64,000 bases of DNA from Narcine bancroftii. Taxonomy: Eukaryota. The position numbers were made by a program, and so were the translations under genes. This document shows positions 35,536 through 48,531 of this stretch, piece by piece. The notes beneath the pieces were generated by a model. It had not been told where the DNA came from. It saw nothing but the letters and a program-made list of their open reading frames with translations, and did not search any database. Position 1 is the stretch's first letter. Each line of letters starts with the position of its first letter. The stretch lies in the NCBI RefSeq assembly GCF_036971445.1, contig NC_091482.1, positions 60,388,001 to 60,452,000 on the forward strand, written 5' to 3'.

Positions 35536-36361
35536 GGCTTGAGTACTTCTTAACAAGTGGTGTACCACAGGAACTTTTGTTGTTCATATGCAAATGACTT
35601 GGATGAGAATATAAGTGGTATAATAAGCAACTCTCTAAAAAATTGGAGGAGTCAAAGATAAGCAAAGAAGAATATCTTAAGGATAGGGGGGAGGGTAACA
35701 AATTACCTGGAAAGTTAGCGGAGCAGTAGCAGCTGGAATTTAATCTTGATGAATATGAAGTAATCCATTTAGGGGATTAAATTCTATTAAGACATGCTTA
35801 GTAAATGATTAGGATGTAGAGACATTGGAATGTAAGTCCATAACGCTCCAGTGTGTTGATAGGGTAGCAAAGGAAGCATTTGTATGTTTGTCTTCATTGG
35901 AGTATAAAAGCTGTAATTTCATCTTGCAGCAATACAAAACATTGGTTAAACAGCACTTGGAAGTATTGCATACAGTCCTGATTGCCAAACTCCAGGAAGG
36001 ATAGGATAGCAATAGAGTGCGGAACTAAACCAGGATGTTGTCTGGAAATGAAAGGCTATAGTTATAAAGGAGAGATTGTATAGGCTGCATTTATCCTCAC
36101 TGGAATATAGGAGGCTGAGGGGTGACCTAAATTTACAAATGGCAGAGATAGTTAAAACCTTTATCTGGTGAAGTGAATCATGATCTAAAGGGCACCATTT
36201 TAAGTGGAGAAATACAAAGGAGATCCGAGGGGTATTTTTTAAAAAAAATCACACAATGGGTAGTGAATACCTGGAACAAGCTGTCAGAAGTGGAAGTAGT
36301 AGGCACAATTATAGCTTTTAAAAGGCATTTGGACAGGTACTTGAATAAGAAAGATGTAGAG

Positions 36362-36535
36362 CAGGGGTGGCCAACCTTTTGATTTTTAATTTAGATATAC
36401 AGCATGGTAACAGACCATTTTGGCCCATAGGTTCCAAGCCCATTATAACCATATTAACCTACACCCATTATGTAAGTGGGCCGAAATGGCCTGTTATCGT
36501 GCTGTATGTCTAAATTAAAAGGTTGGCCACCTCTG
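36362..36535. mobile_element. hAT-type MITE, near-palindromic
   Basis: TIRs CAGGGGTGGCCAACCTTTT / AAAAGGTTGGCCACCTCTG; 8-bp TSD ATGTAGAG / ACGTAGAG. Confidence 0.8.
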
Positions 36536-36875
36536 ACGTAGAGGGATAGACCTAATGCAGGTGAATGGTAGACAGAAAGGACAGTTGGCATGGATGTGGT
36601 TGGCAGAAAGGATCAGTACTATTCAATGGTTATTTATTCATCCCTCACTCAGAAATCCCCTCCAAAACTGGTCCAACCAATTGGAGCCAGGTCAAAACAC
36701 ACATCAATAGTTTCTCTGGAGTGTGCAAAGGGAATGTCTGCAGCCTGCACAATTACCAAAACCATCCCTGACATCAAGGACCCAAGGGTCGAGGAAGAAT
36801 TCTGTAGCTTGGTCCAGTTAATGAACACACTACCTCAGAAAGCTGGGATGATGAAACAGAGGTGACAATCATTAC

Positions 36876-36971
36876 CTCCTTAAACTGACGCAGCCTCTGC
36901 AAAGTCTTTTGCCTCTCTACGTTAACCCATTCCCTTCTTCTTTTGTATTCTTCCTTCTGCTGGTCACGTTT
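36876..36971 (-). CDS. WHAMM: WHAMM exon 8 (96 nt)
   Basis: cacag|KRDQQKEEYKRRREWVNVERQKTLQRLRQFKE|gtaatg. Confidence 0.93.
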
Positions 36972-37052
36972 CTGTGTGAACAAATTCAGAATGTGTGTTA
37001 ACACACTATCTACTGGTGGACACCAATCAAGTCGTACTTTGCAATTACTGAC

Positions 37053-37139
37053 CAGCTGAATACTGTGGTGCTGTCGAAAACGAACATCCTCTCCTTGCAA
37101 CTGCTGCTGCTTTGCCTTTTGAGTTTCCTTACACTGATC
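37053..37139 (-). CDS. WHAMM: WHAMM exon 7 (87 nt)
   Basis: accag|DQCKETQKAKQQQLQGEDVRFRQHHSIQL|gtcagt. Confidence 0.92.
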
Positions 37140-37824
37140 CTGGTGAAGAGAAGGTGTAGTTAGGTCCTGAGGCTGGGAATAATCCTCTCTGTAGTAGAAC
37201 CGTTTCAGCAGAAAATATCTTAATGATATTGCTCACTGGTTGAGCCATGATGTGCACATCTTTATTACCTGCTCCAGAATGCCGCTTAATTTTGAACAGA
37301 AGCTAAAAACTAAATGCTTCATGCAACCATTCCCACCATTATACCCTCTACACAGACTTCATCAGATTACATCACTCCTCCATGCCTTCTTGAAGAGGGC
37401 ACGCAGGAGTTGTGCAGAAGCCTCTGGGTAGTAGCTGTCAACATTAATAAGATATCTCTTGTGGAACGAGCATTAATTTTTAGATTAATTGACTTCCAAT
37501 GAGTCAGCTAACACTTAGTTCCCTTAGCATTAGTGTGAATGTTAAAGCAATTCAAATGTTATTGTCAGCCTGAGAATATGAGCAAATCTTCAGGCATTGG
37601 GCAAGATAAGCTCCATGGAAAGAAATGGTGAGAAGAAACTCTGCACTGTGGGCTAGCAGAGGTTAGGACAGGCCTTTACTGTGAGCTGCATGCCAGCCCG
37701 TCGAACTTCTCCTTGGATCAGATGATAATCGGTGTCAAGTTGAAGGTGCAGTAGAAAGGACTCTATTGTTCTTGTTTTGTTAGTTCATTGATATAAACAA
37801 TTTACTCACATTTACTGTGGTTTT

Positions 37825-38080
37825 AGGGTAGCACAGTTGGTGCAGCATTTAGCGCAACACCTTTACAGCGCCAGCTATCAGGATTAGAGTTTGAATTCCA
37901 CGCTGTTTGCAAGGAATTTGTACATTCTCCCCACAATTGCATTTTTTCCCCCCGGAGACTCCGGTTTCCTCCCACCCTTCAAAACGTACTGGGGATTGTA
38001 GGTTAATCAGGTGTAATTGGGCGGCATGGGGTTGGGGAGTGAAATGGCCTGTTACCATGCTGTATGTCTAAATTTAATTT
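37825..38080 (+). mobile_element. V-type SINE
   Basis: tRNA-like head (gtagcacagttgg...gtttgaattcc), core tacattctcccc...ggtttcctcccac, tail ggcctgttaccatgctgtatgtctaaatt; other copies at about 2680-2840, 16320-16480, 47895-48120 and 61600-61830. Confidence 0.75.
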
Positions 38081-38329
38081 TTTTTTTTAATTAAATACAG
38101 TGATTAAAATACTTTATTTGTGTCCTTTCTCAGGCATTGATCTGAATCATAGGAACCTCTTTGATACAATTGTTAATCCACAAAACCTTTACTTAGAATC
38201 CTTCACTGGAATTTAATTACAGATGTGGAGCCACTGCAATGCCTAATGACTGGCATTGGGTTAGGGTTAGTGTTAGGAGGCCCTTTACATCAATTGGAGC
38301 AATATTACTTTTTACTACTCCCATCCAGA

Positions 38330-41160
38330 AGAAGTTAACTGTTTTGGATACCGTTGAAGGAGATGGCCTACCAGGGACAGGCCAGTGGTCAGGTCTCTAG
38401 CATGGAGTTTGGCCCTTTGGCTCAGAAGGGAAGAAGTGATCAGTTGAGATAGGGGATCCAATGGTGAGAGGAACAGATGGGAGATTCTGTGGTAAAGATC
38501 AAGATTCCCGAATGATATGTTGCTTCCCAGATGCTAGGGTCAGAAATGTCTCAGATCAAGTCTTTAGCATTCTCAAGTGGGAGTGTGAGCAGTCAGATAT
38601 TGTGGTCCACGTAGGCACCAATGACGCGAGTAGGAAGGATGACGACACAAAGTAAACTCAGGGTGTTAGGTGCAAAGTTAAACTTAAAGACCTCAAGTTA
38701 TGATCTCTGGATTACTACCCATGCCACACGCTTGTAAGGCTAGTAATAGGGAGATAATGGGGTTTAACAGGTGGCAGGAGGCTTCAGATCTTTGGATCAT
38801 TAGACTCTCTACCAGGGAAGATGGGACCTGTTCTTGCAGGATGTTTTGCATGTCCAAGCCAGCACGATTTCATGAATGGAAGATCCTGCCTGACCAACCC
38901 ATTGGAATATTTTGAAGAAATCTTAAATAGGATGGACAAGGGAAAGGCTCTGGCTGTTGTGTATTTGAATTTTCAAAAGGCCTTCGATGCTGCATAAGTG
39001 ACTGCTTAATAAGATGAAAGCCCACGGAATTACAGGAAAGATATCAGATTGGATGGAGTATTGGCTGATAGGCAGAAAGCAAAGGGTAGGAATAAAGGGT
39101 CTTGTTCTGGTTGGTTGCCGGTTACTAGTGGTGTTCTTTTTACAATGTATATTGATGATTTAGTTTTGTGGCCAAGTTTACAGATGAAACCAAGATAGGT
39201 GGTGGAGTAGGAAGTGTTGAAGAAACTGAAAGGTTGCAGAGAGACTTGGCCAGCTTAAGAGAGTGGGCAAGGAAATGGCAGATGAGACACAATGTTGAGA
39301 AATGTACGGTTGTAAATTTTGAACGGGTAGATTATTATTTGGATGGGAAAAAAATTCCAAAGTACAAAAGGACTTGGGGGTCCTCATCCAGGATACCCTA
39401 AAGGTTAACCACCAGGTTGGATCAGCAGTAAAGAAAGTGAAAGCTATGCTGGCATTCATTTCAAGAGGAATAGTGTATACTAGTAAGGAGGTGTTGATGA
39501 GACTCTATTTGGCACTGGTGAGACTTCATTTGGAGTACTGCGTGCAGTTTTGGAACCCTCATCTTAGAAGGGATGTTATGATGTTAGAGAGAGTACAGAG
39601 ATTTACCAAGATGATTCCTGGAATGCAAGGGCTACATACGAGGAACGTTTATCAGCTCTTGGACTATATTCATGGGAGTATAGAAGAATGAGAGGGGATC
39701 TCAAACATTTCAAATGCTGAAATGGTTGGACAAATTAGATGTGAATGAGATGTTTCCCTTGATGGGTGAATCCAGGACAAGGGTTAGAAGGTACTCATTT
39801 AAAACTGAGATGAGGAGAAATTTCTTTAGCCAGAGGGTTGTGGATTTGTGAAATTCATTGCCACATACAGCTGCGGAGGCCCAATCAAGGAGGAGATTGA
39901 TAGGTATCTAATTAGTCAGGGTTTCAAGGGATATGGGGAAAAGGCCAGAAATTGGAACTAGATGTATGTGATGGAGCATATGCAATGGGCCAAATTGCCT
40001 ACTTCTGTGCCTTGATCTTGTGAACTGAGCTGGAGGGTCACCAATATCCTGCAGGACTGATAGTGTTGACCCAGGGAGTTTAAAGTAGTGACAGAGGGGT
40101 GTGGGAACCAAAACTCCAGAGAGAATAGTGGAGTGGTTATGGAAAAAGATGTGGTTAAGCCTGCACACAAAGAATGAAATAGAAAGGTTGAGCATGGTGG
40201 GAAGAATGTGCTGTGTTGCATCTCCTTCAGTGCAAGGATTATAGTAGTAAAGGCAGACAGCAAGGAAGGCTTTAAAAGCTTGCAGCAGGATTTGGACCAG
40301 GTGGAAAAATGGGCTGTAAAATGGCAGATGAAATTTATTGCAGACAAGGGTGAGGTGCTGCACTTCAAGAGGACAAATCAGGGTAGGACATACATAGTAT
40401 ATGTAGGCAGATGCCCGAACAAAGTGGAGAGGGAGAGAGGGATGGTGGGAGGAGCAGTCCCAAAGGCAGAAGATGATAGGTGGATAAGGGAGGAAGAGCA
40501 CACCCTACCATTCTGTTTGGGTGCCTGCCAACATTTTTCCATACCTTGAGGAAGGTCTCAAGCACAAAACATCAGTTATGTATCTTTATTTTTGCCATAT
40601 AAAGAACAATAACCTGCAGAGTTTCTCCAGTATTGTGTTTTCTGCAGACTTTTGTGAATTATTATTGAGTACAGTTGGGATGTTATGTTGAAGATGTGCA
40701 AGACATTGGAGTATTATGTTCAGTTTTGGTCACTTATCAACAATAAAGATACAAATAATATTGAATGACTGCAGAAAAAATTATAAGCGTTTTTCAAAGA
40801 CTGGAAGAACAGAGTTTATAGGGAAAGGTTGAATGGGTTAGGACTTTATTTCCTGGAGCATTGGAGATGAGATTTAATAAAGGAATTCAAAATTATGAGG
40901 GGTACAGATAGAGTAAATGGAAACAGGCTTTTTCCACTGAGGTTGGGTGAGACAAGAACTAGAGGAGATGGGTTGAGGGTGGAAGGTGAAGTGTTTATGG
41001 GGAACATTCGGGGTTACTTCTTCACTCAGAGGGTGGTGTGTGGAATAAGCAATCAGCAGACCTGGTGGATTTCAACATTTAAAATTGGATAGTTACATGG
41101 TATGGAGGGCTATGGATTGGGATCAATATTTGGCATGAACTAGATGGGCTGTAGTGTTCT
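38330..41160 (+). mobile_element. Cluster of degraded CR1-type LINE fragments
   Basis: Esterase-like ORF1 (VVHVGTND), RT (AKFTDETKIGG, LVRLHLEYCVQFW) and C-terminal motifs. Confidence 0.85.
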
Positions 41161-41413
41161 ATACTGTATTTCCAAAACAAGGAAGAAACAATAGCATCTC
41201 ACCCTGATCACAAACATCTCATTTACTAAAACACTCACATGTAAAAAAAAATTTCAAAAAGTTTTCTCCGTGAATCTATTCACATTAAAGTTACAAAACC
41301 AAGACTGAATGGCTAAAGTCACACTAGAAAACATTTTCATTCAACTCCTTCAAATCAAAACTGCAAGAGGTGAAGCAATCACCACCCTGCAGAGCAGAGG
41401 TTATAGCAATTAC

Positions 41414-41601
41414 CCGTTTATTCCTCAGGTAGGATCGCCGTGAGCCAATGGCACCTCTTTTAGTCTCCAGGTGGTGAGCTTTGTGCAACAACTTCTTAAT
41501 GTCTACTGAGCGACTGTCATGTATCAGGCCCATCCCCTCATTGGCCTGAAGCTGCTCAGGATCTTCGCAGGCATCATAGTAAACTATCTCTTCCTCTTTC
41601 T
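41414..41601 (-). CDS. WHAMM: WHAMM exon 6 (188 nt)
   Basis: ctctag|AG AAA GAG; EKEEEIVYYDACEDPEQL...RRSYLRNKR|gtaatt. Confidence 0.92.
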
Positions 41602-42608
41602 CTAGAGTTACAAATAATAAAGCCCTCATTAGTTAATTAACAAAAAATAGAAAGGAGTATTCTAATCCAGGGCTTATTATATTTTTGGGACTAGCTATTC
41701 ATTTGTATTTCTCCTCCTTTGGGAGGTGACCATCTAGATCAGTTGGGAAGGTGGGCCAACTTTGATAAATGTGATGTGTTGCACTTTGGGAGGTCAAACA
41801 AGTGCAGGACTTGTACAGTAAATGGAATCCTCCAGACTTAACACTTGCCCTGAAATCTAAATGTTCGGTACCGTATTTGGATGACACCACCATCTATCTT
41901 TGGATTGTGTTAGATGTGGATTCTACCAGTTTTTCCTTGGCTTTAGAAAGTTGTGAATTGACAACAAAAGAAACCTCATGCAAAATGTTCTCCAACATCC
42001 TAGGCAATCTCATTGCAGTGGAAATTGCTCAAGGTACAGCAAGAACAAAACTGCTGTTTACCCAGCAATGATGCTGGCAACTAGCTTTTCATTCATTGTC
42101 AGACAGCCTGAATGCCAGCAGCAACAGGATGCAATGGTAGAGCAAACTTACTGGAGTAACGAGGGAACATCAATGAAATGATTTTCAGCAGTTATCAAAC
42201 TCACTCACCAGCCAATTCTTGTCATGATGCTGAAGATACTGAGGAGGAGTGAACAGATTGCATAATTTCTGTGACTGGAACTTTATCTTTAATAAGTTAA
42301 AAGAGTCACATACTGTACCTATGTAAATTGTAGCTAAGGTGCATCTGGTTCAGAGCCTGTATCTCAAATAAGTGCAGTAAAATCCTTAGTATCTGGCACC
42401 TACAGGGATTGGTAAATGCTGGATAAGCGAGTTTCTGCTTGTTTGAATCTGTGTGTCATGTGAATGGAGAACTAATGGGGAGGTATGCCAATTTTAAACT
42501 AGTTTTTACCCATTCATTTTCCATAACTTTTGGCCAGTCATTTGAGATTGCCACTTGAATTCCAGATAATAGAGATTTTACTACATCTTCTAAAATCAGA
42601 AATCAGTT

Positions 42609-43288
42609 CAGAATCCCGATTTATTGGTCTTGCCTGTCCAATCAGAATCCCGATTTATTGGTCTTGCCTGTCCAATCAGAATCCCGATTTATTGGTCTTG
42701 CCTGTCCAATCAGAATCCCGATTTATTGGTCTTGCCTGTCCAATCAGAATCCCGATTTATTGGTCTTGCCTGTCCAATCAGAATCCCGATTTATTGGTCT
42801 TGCCAGTCCAATCAGAATCCCGATTTATTGGTCTTGCCTGTCCAATCAGAATCCCGATTTATTGGTCTTGCCTGTCCAATCAGAATCCCGATTTATTGGT
42901 CTTGCCTGTCCAATCAGAATCCCGATTTATTGGTCTTGCCTGTCCAATCAGAATCCCGATTTATTGGTCTTGCCTGTCCAATCAGAATCCCGATTTATTG
43001 GTCTTGCCTGTCCAATCAGAATCCCGATTTATTGGTCTTGCCTGTCCAATCAGAATCCCGATTTATTGGTCTTGCCTGTCCAATCAGAATCCCGATTTAT
43101 TGGTCTTGCCTGTCCAATCAGAATCCCGATTTATTGGTCTTGCCTGTCCAATCAGAATCCCGATTTACTGGTCTTGCCTGTCCAATCAGAATCCCGATTT
43201 ACTGGTCTTGCCTGTCCAATCAGAATCCCGATTTACTGGTCTTGCCTGTCTAATCAGAATCCTGATTTATTGGTCTTGCCTGTCCAAT
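42609..43288. repeat. 34-bp minisatellite, 20 copies, WHAMM intron 5
   Basis: (CAGAATCCCGATTTATTGGTCTTGCCTGTCCAAT)20 with few substitutions. Confidence 0.97.
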
Positions 43289-44026
43289 CAGAATCAGCAG
43301 GATTTGAACGAAGCACCAAGCGCTGACTCATCCATTTCTGGAATTATAGAAACTGCATCATCAGTGACCCCTTGGGAGGAGGAAGAGGAGGGTGGGTCGA
43401 GGTGAATTTATAAAAGGATCAAAATCAAAAGAGTATTACAGCAAAAGGGGTTTAACCAGCGCTGGTCAGTGCCCCAGCATAACAAGCCTTGCCCTTCCTA
43501 TTGATGACCTGCCAATGAATCAGGTCATAGTTTGCCTTTGCCCCAGACCATCTCTCACAAGCCACCCTTCAGTAGATAATGAACAGAGGCCATGGAAATT
43601 ATGTAAATCCACTCCCACTCCTTCCCAGTGCCTTCAGCAATGTTCCCTAATCGCTCCAGGACGTCTGCTTGCTAACTTTAGATCCAGTCGTTGCTGTCTT
43701 TCTGGCCAACTGAGGAGCTAGTCATTTCGAGGCTGGGCAAAAAACAAATGCCAGGTTTCCAATTTGTATCTTAAACTTCAAGCCATTCAGTGTGCAAAGA
43801 GATCACGAAGGATGGTGCAAGCAGCTTTCTCAGGCAGATCCTCCTGACCTGCGCAACATATTCTTCACTGAACCAACCACTGATTCAGTAATTCACAATC
43901 TCACTATCAGTGGCATCCCATAGCTCAGGAATGAATATTTCTGAATTTCGATGGGGGAGTTGGGTGGCTGGAATAAACCAACCTTATCCAATGCGCTGTA
44001 GACAAGAACAAATAGCAGCTACTTAC

Positions 44027-44189
44027 CCCTAACCTCGCGTCGAATGGTGTCCAGTTGAGCGACAACCAGCAGCTCCTCATATTTTAACGTTTCGAGCTGA
44101 ATGTTGTACAGCTCCAGCTGAGTTTCATAATATTGTATCTCTAACTCATCCACTGTCTCCACTGCTATCTTGGTGTCAAGATGCTGTAT
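44027..44189 (-). CDS. WHAMM: WHAMM exon 5 (163 nt)
   Basis: atttag|IQHLDTKIAVETVDELEIQYYETQLELYNIQLETLKYEELLVVAQLDTIRREVR G|gtaagt. Confidence 0.92.
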
Positions 44190-44268
44190 CTAAATTCAAA
44201 GAGAGTTTTACTGCAGTTTTTGGCAACTTCCAGAGAATAGTTTAGAAGATAGATTGCAGGCATATCAC

Positions 44269-44438
44269 CTTGCTCTGAATCTGTGCTTTCTTGCGTTTCA
44301 AGCATAGCTCTTTTGCCCTGGTGTGTTGCAAAGTTTCCTTGGCATACATGAACTTCAATTTCTCCAAACGGGCTGCCACGCTGGCCCACGCAGCTTTGCC
44401 AAAGTGATTTTGATCTTCTTCCATCTGTTTCTGCATAG
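44269..44438 (-). CDS. WHAMM: WHAMM exon 4 (170 nt)
   Basis: ctgtag|CT ATG CAG; MQKQMEEDQNHFGKAAWASVAARLEKLKFMYAKETLQHTRAKELCL...SK|gtgata. Confidence 0.94.
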
Positions 44439-45200
44439 CTACAGGTTAACAATTCATGAGAAGCATTAGATACCTGTGTCTGTTATCTGGTTTAGATGTG
44501 AACAATCAAGTTAAGATTCCACAGAACGGTCATGAAACAGTTGAATCTCTGCATCAGACTCCAAGAATAAGGAGGTAACAATAGAGATGCTTCAAGTACA
44601 GCTATTCCTCGTCACACAACAGTTCAATAACTCAGTCATATACATAAGTCGGCTTACTCCTCTGTGCTTACCACGTTGGCATTCTGGGCTAATCCCATTT
44701 GCCTGCATTTCCTTAAATGTAAATAACATCCTTGCTTCAACCACCTCTGCTGGAAACTTATTCCACATCCCAACCACCTTTGTGTGAAGAAATTTCCCCT
44801 CATCATTTTCCCCCTGCAATTGGCCCATATTCTATTCATGAATCTAATCCAATTGTCTCTTAAACATTGTAATTGTGCCCACTTACAGTCTAGTTTCCTC
44901 TGGCAGCTCATTCCATGTACAGATCACCCTCCGAGTTAAAAGATTGCCTCTCAGGTCCTTCATAACTTAAACTGATACACTCTAATTCTAGATTCATCTA
45001 CCCAAGGGAAAAGAGCATTCACTTTATCCATGCCCCCCTTGATTTTATAACCTTCCAGAGGATCACCCTTCACTGTAGTCTAGGCAATAAGGATCCAACC
45101 TCTCCTATAACTCAACCACTCCTATCCTGGTAAAATACTTGTGAATCTCCACTGCACTCTGTCAATTTATTGATGTCCTTTCTATAGCTGGATGTAAATG

Positions 45201-45508
45201 CAGATGGTCCCTGATTTATAATGATCTGACACAAACTTTCAAAGTTACGATGGCTCGAATCTGTACTTTTGATTTCAAGTTCCAATGTATCCACATGCTT
45301 GCTATTTTCGTGCAATTCTGGGCGATGGCAGTATTGCGTGAGAGTAGCATAAGCTCTCATGATGTTGATTCAACCATGCTCGCAGTAGCTGTATTCAACG
45401 TTTAATTATAAAAAATGTCAAGTGCGGTATTCTTTTTTGAGTTACGATCTTTTTGACTTACAATGGGAGTGCCAGAACAGAACCCCATCGTAGGTCGGGG
45501 ACTACCTG
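45201..45508. mobile_element. Possible Tc1/mariner (Tigger-like) MITE
   Basis: Imperfect TIRs CAGATGGTCCCTGA / TCGGGGACTACCTG followed by TA. Confidence 0.45.
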
Positions 45509-46590
45509 TAGAGGGAAGGGAGATCCCAGTGATAATCTCTGATTTTTTGATGATCCTCTGTATTGACTTCTGGCCCACAGCTTTGCAGCTACCATCCCAC
45601 ACAATGTTGGAGCCAGAAAGGATGCACTCAGTTTTGTTCCTGTAAAATATTGTCAGGGTGGGCCCTGGTAGCCTTGCCCTCCTCAACCTCCTTTAGAGGG
45701 GTAAGTGTTGCTGAGCCTTCTGGACCTATGAAGTGTTGTGGGTCCAGGATAGGTTGTCCTTTATAAACATCAAGGAACTTTGTGCTCTCCTCTCTCTCCA
45801 TGATGAAACCATTAATGTGTAATGGGGGGGCAGTCGACCTTCTGACCTTTGATCTCCTGAAGTTCACAATCATCTCTTTTGTCTCGTCCGTGCCAAACTC
45901 AGGTTTTTGTTCTCGTACTATTTTACGAGCCTTCCACCTCCCCTGTGAGCCGAATCATCATTGTTGACGATGAGGCCCAACTACTGTTGCATCATCTGCA
46001 AATCTGATGCTTCTATTTGAACTGAATCTATTTGGCAGTGCAGTTGCGCGTCAGCAGTGTGAACAGTACCAGGCTGAGCACACAGCCTTGAAGTGTGGAA
46101 GAGCTCAGCGTGATGGTATTTGAGGTTTTGCTGACTGAATGTGCAAATATTCAGTCCAAATCCCACCCATTTCATTTGGCTCCACACAAAGGCAGCCCTC
46201 TTCAATTTTTAGTGGGACCAATTCTCTCTCAAGCCACTCTTATTCTTGAGTTGGGCTTCAATGATCATACTACCTGAGCCCAAGACAACCCAATAATTTT
46301 AAATAATAACCACAAACAAAGGCTATTTATCAGTTTACAATAAAGATGCAGTCTATTTGCTACACAAATCACAATCTCATAGATAACAGGACATCTCCAG
46401 ATCACCTCCCCATTCATATGCCCCTCATATTTGTGAGCATTGCCCTCTTCACCTGCACCCTCAGCTCAATGGAACCGATAGTTTCACTTGTCCCCTTGAT
46501 TGTGTCCTGTTCTGCTTCTCCCTTTATGTTCTCGTAATGTAAACTCTGGAGACTGAGCTGCCAGCTCACCTTTGCTTCATTCTGGTTTAC

Positions 46591-46741
46591 CTGCCAGTGC
46601 TTTCATCGTCTCCTGAAAATAATCCACCGTTATGTCTTGAATTGAGCAGATTGCTTCGTTCATGCGCCGGGACCACTCTTCCACCTCTTTCTGCAAGCTC
46701 TGGATTCTCCTTGGACCCAGAATGTCAAACTCCAAGGATTT
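46591..46741 (-). CDS. WHAMM: WHAMM exon 3 (151 nt)
   Basis: atctag|KSLEFDILGPRRIQSLQKEVEEWSRRMNEAICSIQDITVDYFQETMKALA G|gtaaac. Confidence 0.93.
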
Positions 46742-47340
46742 CTAGATCAACAGGAAGTGGCCAAGTTGACTCAGGATCTCAGCTTGGGCAAAAATTCTCC
46801 TGACAGTTTATTGATTCTATCATTGCTAAACACAACACAAATACACTTTTCAGTTTGACCTCACATTAAAGTGACTCATAAGTCAAATTACATGAATAGA
46901 AAATGTCCTTCATTAGTTTGACCTACATTCCTATTCAGAATGGTGGATAAGCACTCAAAATAAACATTTTCAAATGACTAATGTCTTTCAAAAAGTGAAA
47001 AAATAGAAATAAAAACCATTGTGGGTCCCAAATTAAATTCTCCTACATCAGGGGTGGCATGATCTACTGAAGAGCTCTATGAGCTGCAGCAGAATGGTGT
47101 CAATCTCCCTCTAACACTAGTCACTGTGTGAAGTCAGCGACTCAACTTCTGACTCATCCCTGAGATCTGGTACTGGCTGCCCAAGCTGATTATAGACAGG
47201 AGAGAGCTTTAGCCTATCATTGTACTGGAATACAATTCACACCCCTCTGCTGCTAAGCCCTCTGTTCAACTTCTAATTCTACATTGATATGGTTTAAAGT
47301 TCAGTATCTCTTATAAAGAAACTGAAACTACATGAATTAC

Positions 47341-47514
47341 CAAGGCCTCCTGTTTGCAAAGTGAGGCAAACTCTCGCATGTCCCGGAAGGGCTGTAGTAA
47401 ACACTGATAGAACTGTGTGGCAGCAGTGACCAGTTCCTCATAGGCTTCATCTTCATCCTGGTAGAGCCTTTTAAGGGTTACCATATTCTTAGTATATCTG
47501 TGCTGGTACAAGAT
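47341..47514 (-). CDS. WHAMM: WHAMM exon 2 (174 nt)
   Basis: ttacag|ILYQHR...YQDEDEAYEELVTAATQFYQCLLQPFRDMRE...EAL|gtaatt. Confidence 0.94.
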
Positions 47515-48531
47515 CTGTAAGACAAGAAATACCACCCTGTTAACTGAAAATCAGTTCAGCATAAATTGGCCTTTTAACACAACCCATGCTAGATCTTATA
47601 ATTTACATTATAAAAATCACTATGGAAAGTGCCTGGAGGATGGGCACGCCCATGGAGAATACTCAAGATGCTAGGTAGAAGAATATGCAGAACTGCAACA
47701 GCCTGACATGGCTGTACTCACAGAATACGGACAATCATGAACATTGAATATGTCCTGTTGCACCAAGAGACATCAGAGGTGGCAGTGATAGAAAGAATCA
47801 GGAAACCTCCTCCTGATGATCCTCTACCATTCCCCCTCAGATGATGCATCAGCTCCTGAATGCTGAAGAGTATTTGAATGAAGCTCAAGAATGATTAGTG
47901 CAACGCTTTTCCAGCCACGCGATTCCAGCAATCTGGTTTCATATCCAGCGCTGTCTGCAAAGAATTTGTACATTCTCCCCGTGTCTGCGTGGGTTTCCTC
48001 CGGATGCTCCAGTTTCCTCCCACCCTTCAAAACGTATGGAGGTTTTAGGTTAACTGGGGTATTTGGGCAGCACAGGCTCGTGGGTCACAAGGGCCTATTA
48101 TCATGCTCTGTGTCTAATTTAATATTAGCGGAAAGGGACAAAGTACATTCTGGCTGTGGAAAGCAGACATGTACACCATAACCTATTTCTGCACTTTAGC
48201 ATTCCAATCAAGGCAGAAGATGATCTGTGGTTCAGAGGAATGCAGAAGGCCATACAGACAACATAAGAGAACCTGCACTCTAAACAGGAAAGTCAACATG
48301 TAATAAACATAGCAACCTCACAACCAACAGGTTATTTCAAGACTTGGTATTCCTACCCTATCCAGTCATGGATGTTGGTGGACACTGCTCCTGGAGCATC
48401 CCGATGTTCATCAATGGCAGGCCCAGAAAATGGGATTATAGAGACATGGCTGAAGTATTTACAACCACATTTTGCAAGAGGTGATTAATCTCAGCTTCCT
48501 TTGGAGTTCCCCACTGTTAAAGAGTCTAGAG

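Noticed and set aside
42530-43405. CRISPR-like 34-bp repeats and 200-290-aa ORFs
   Set aside because: Head-to-tail units without spacers, no cas genes, eukaryotic intron; ORFs are repeat translations.
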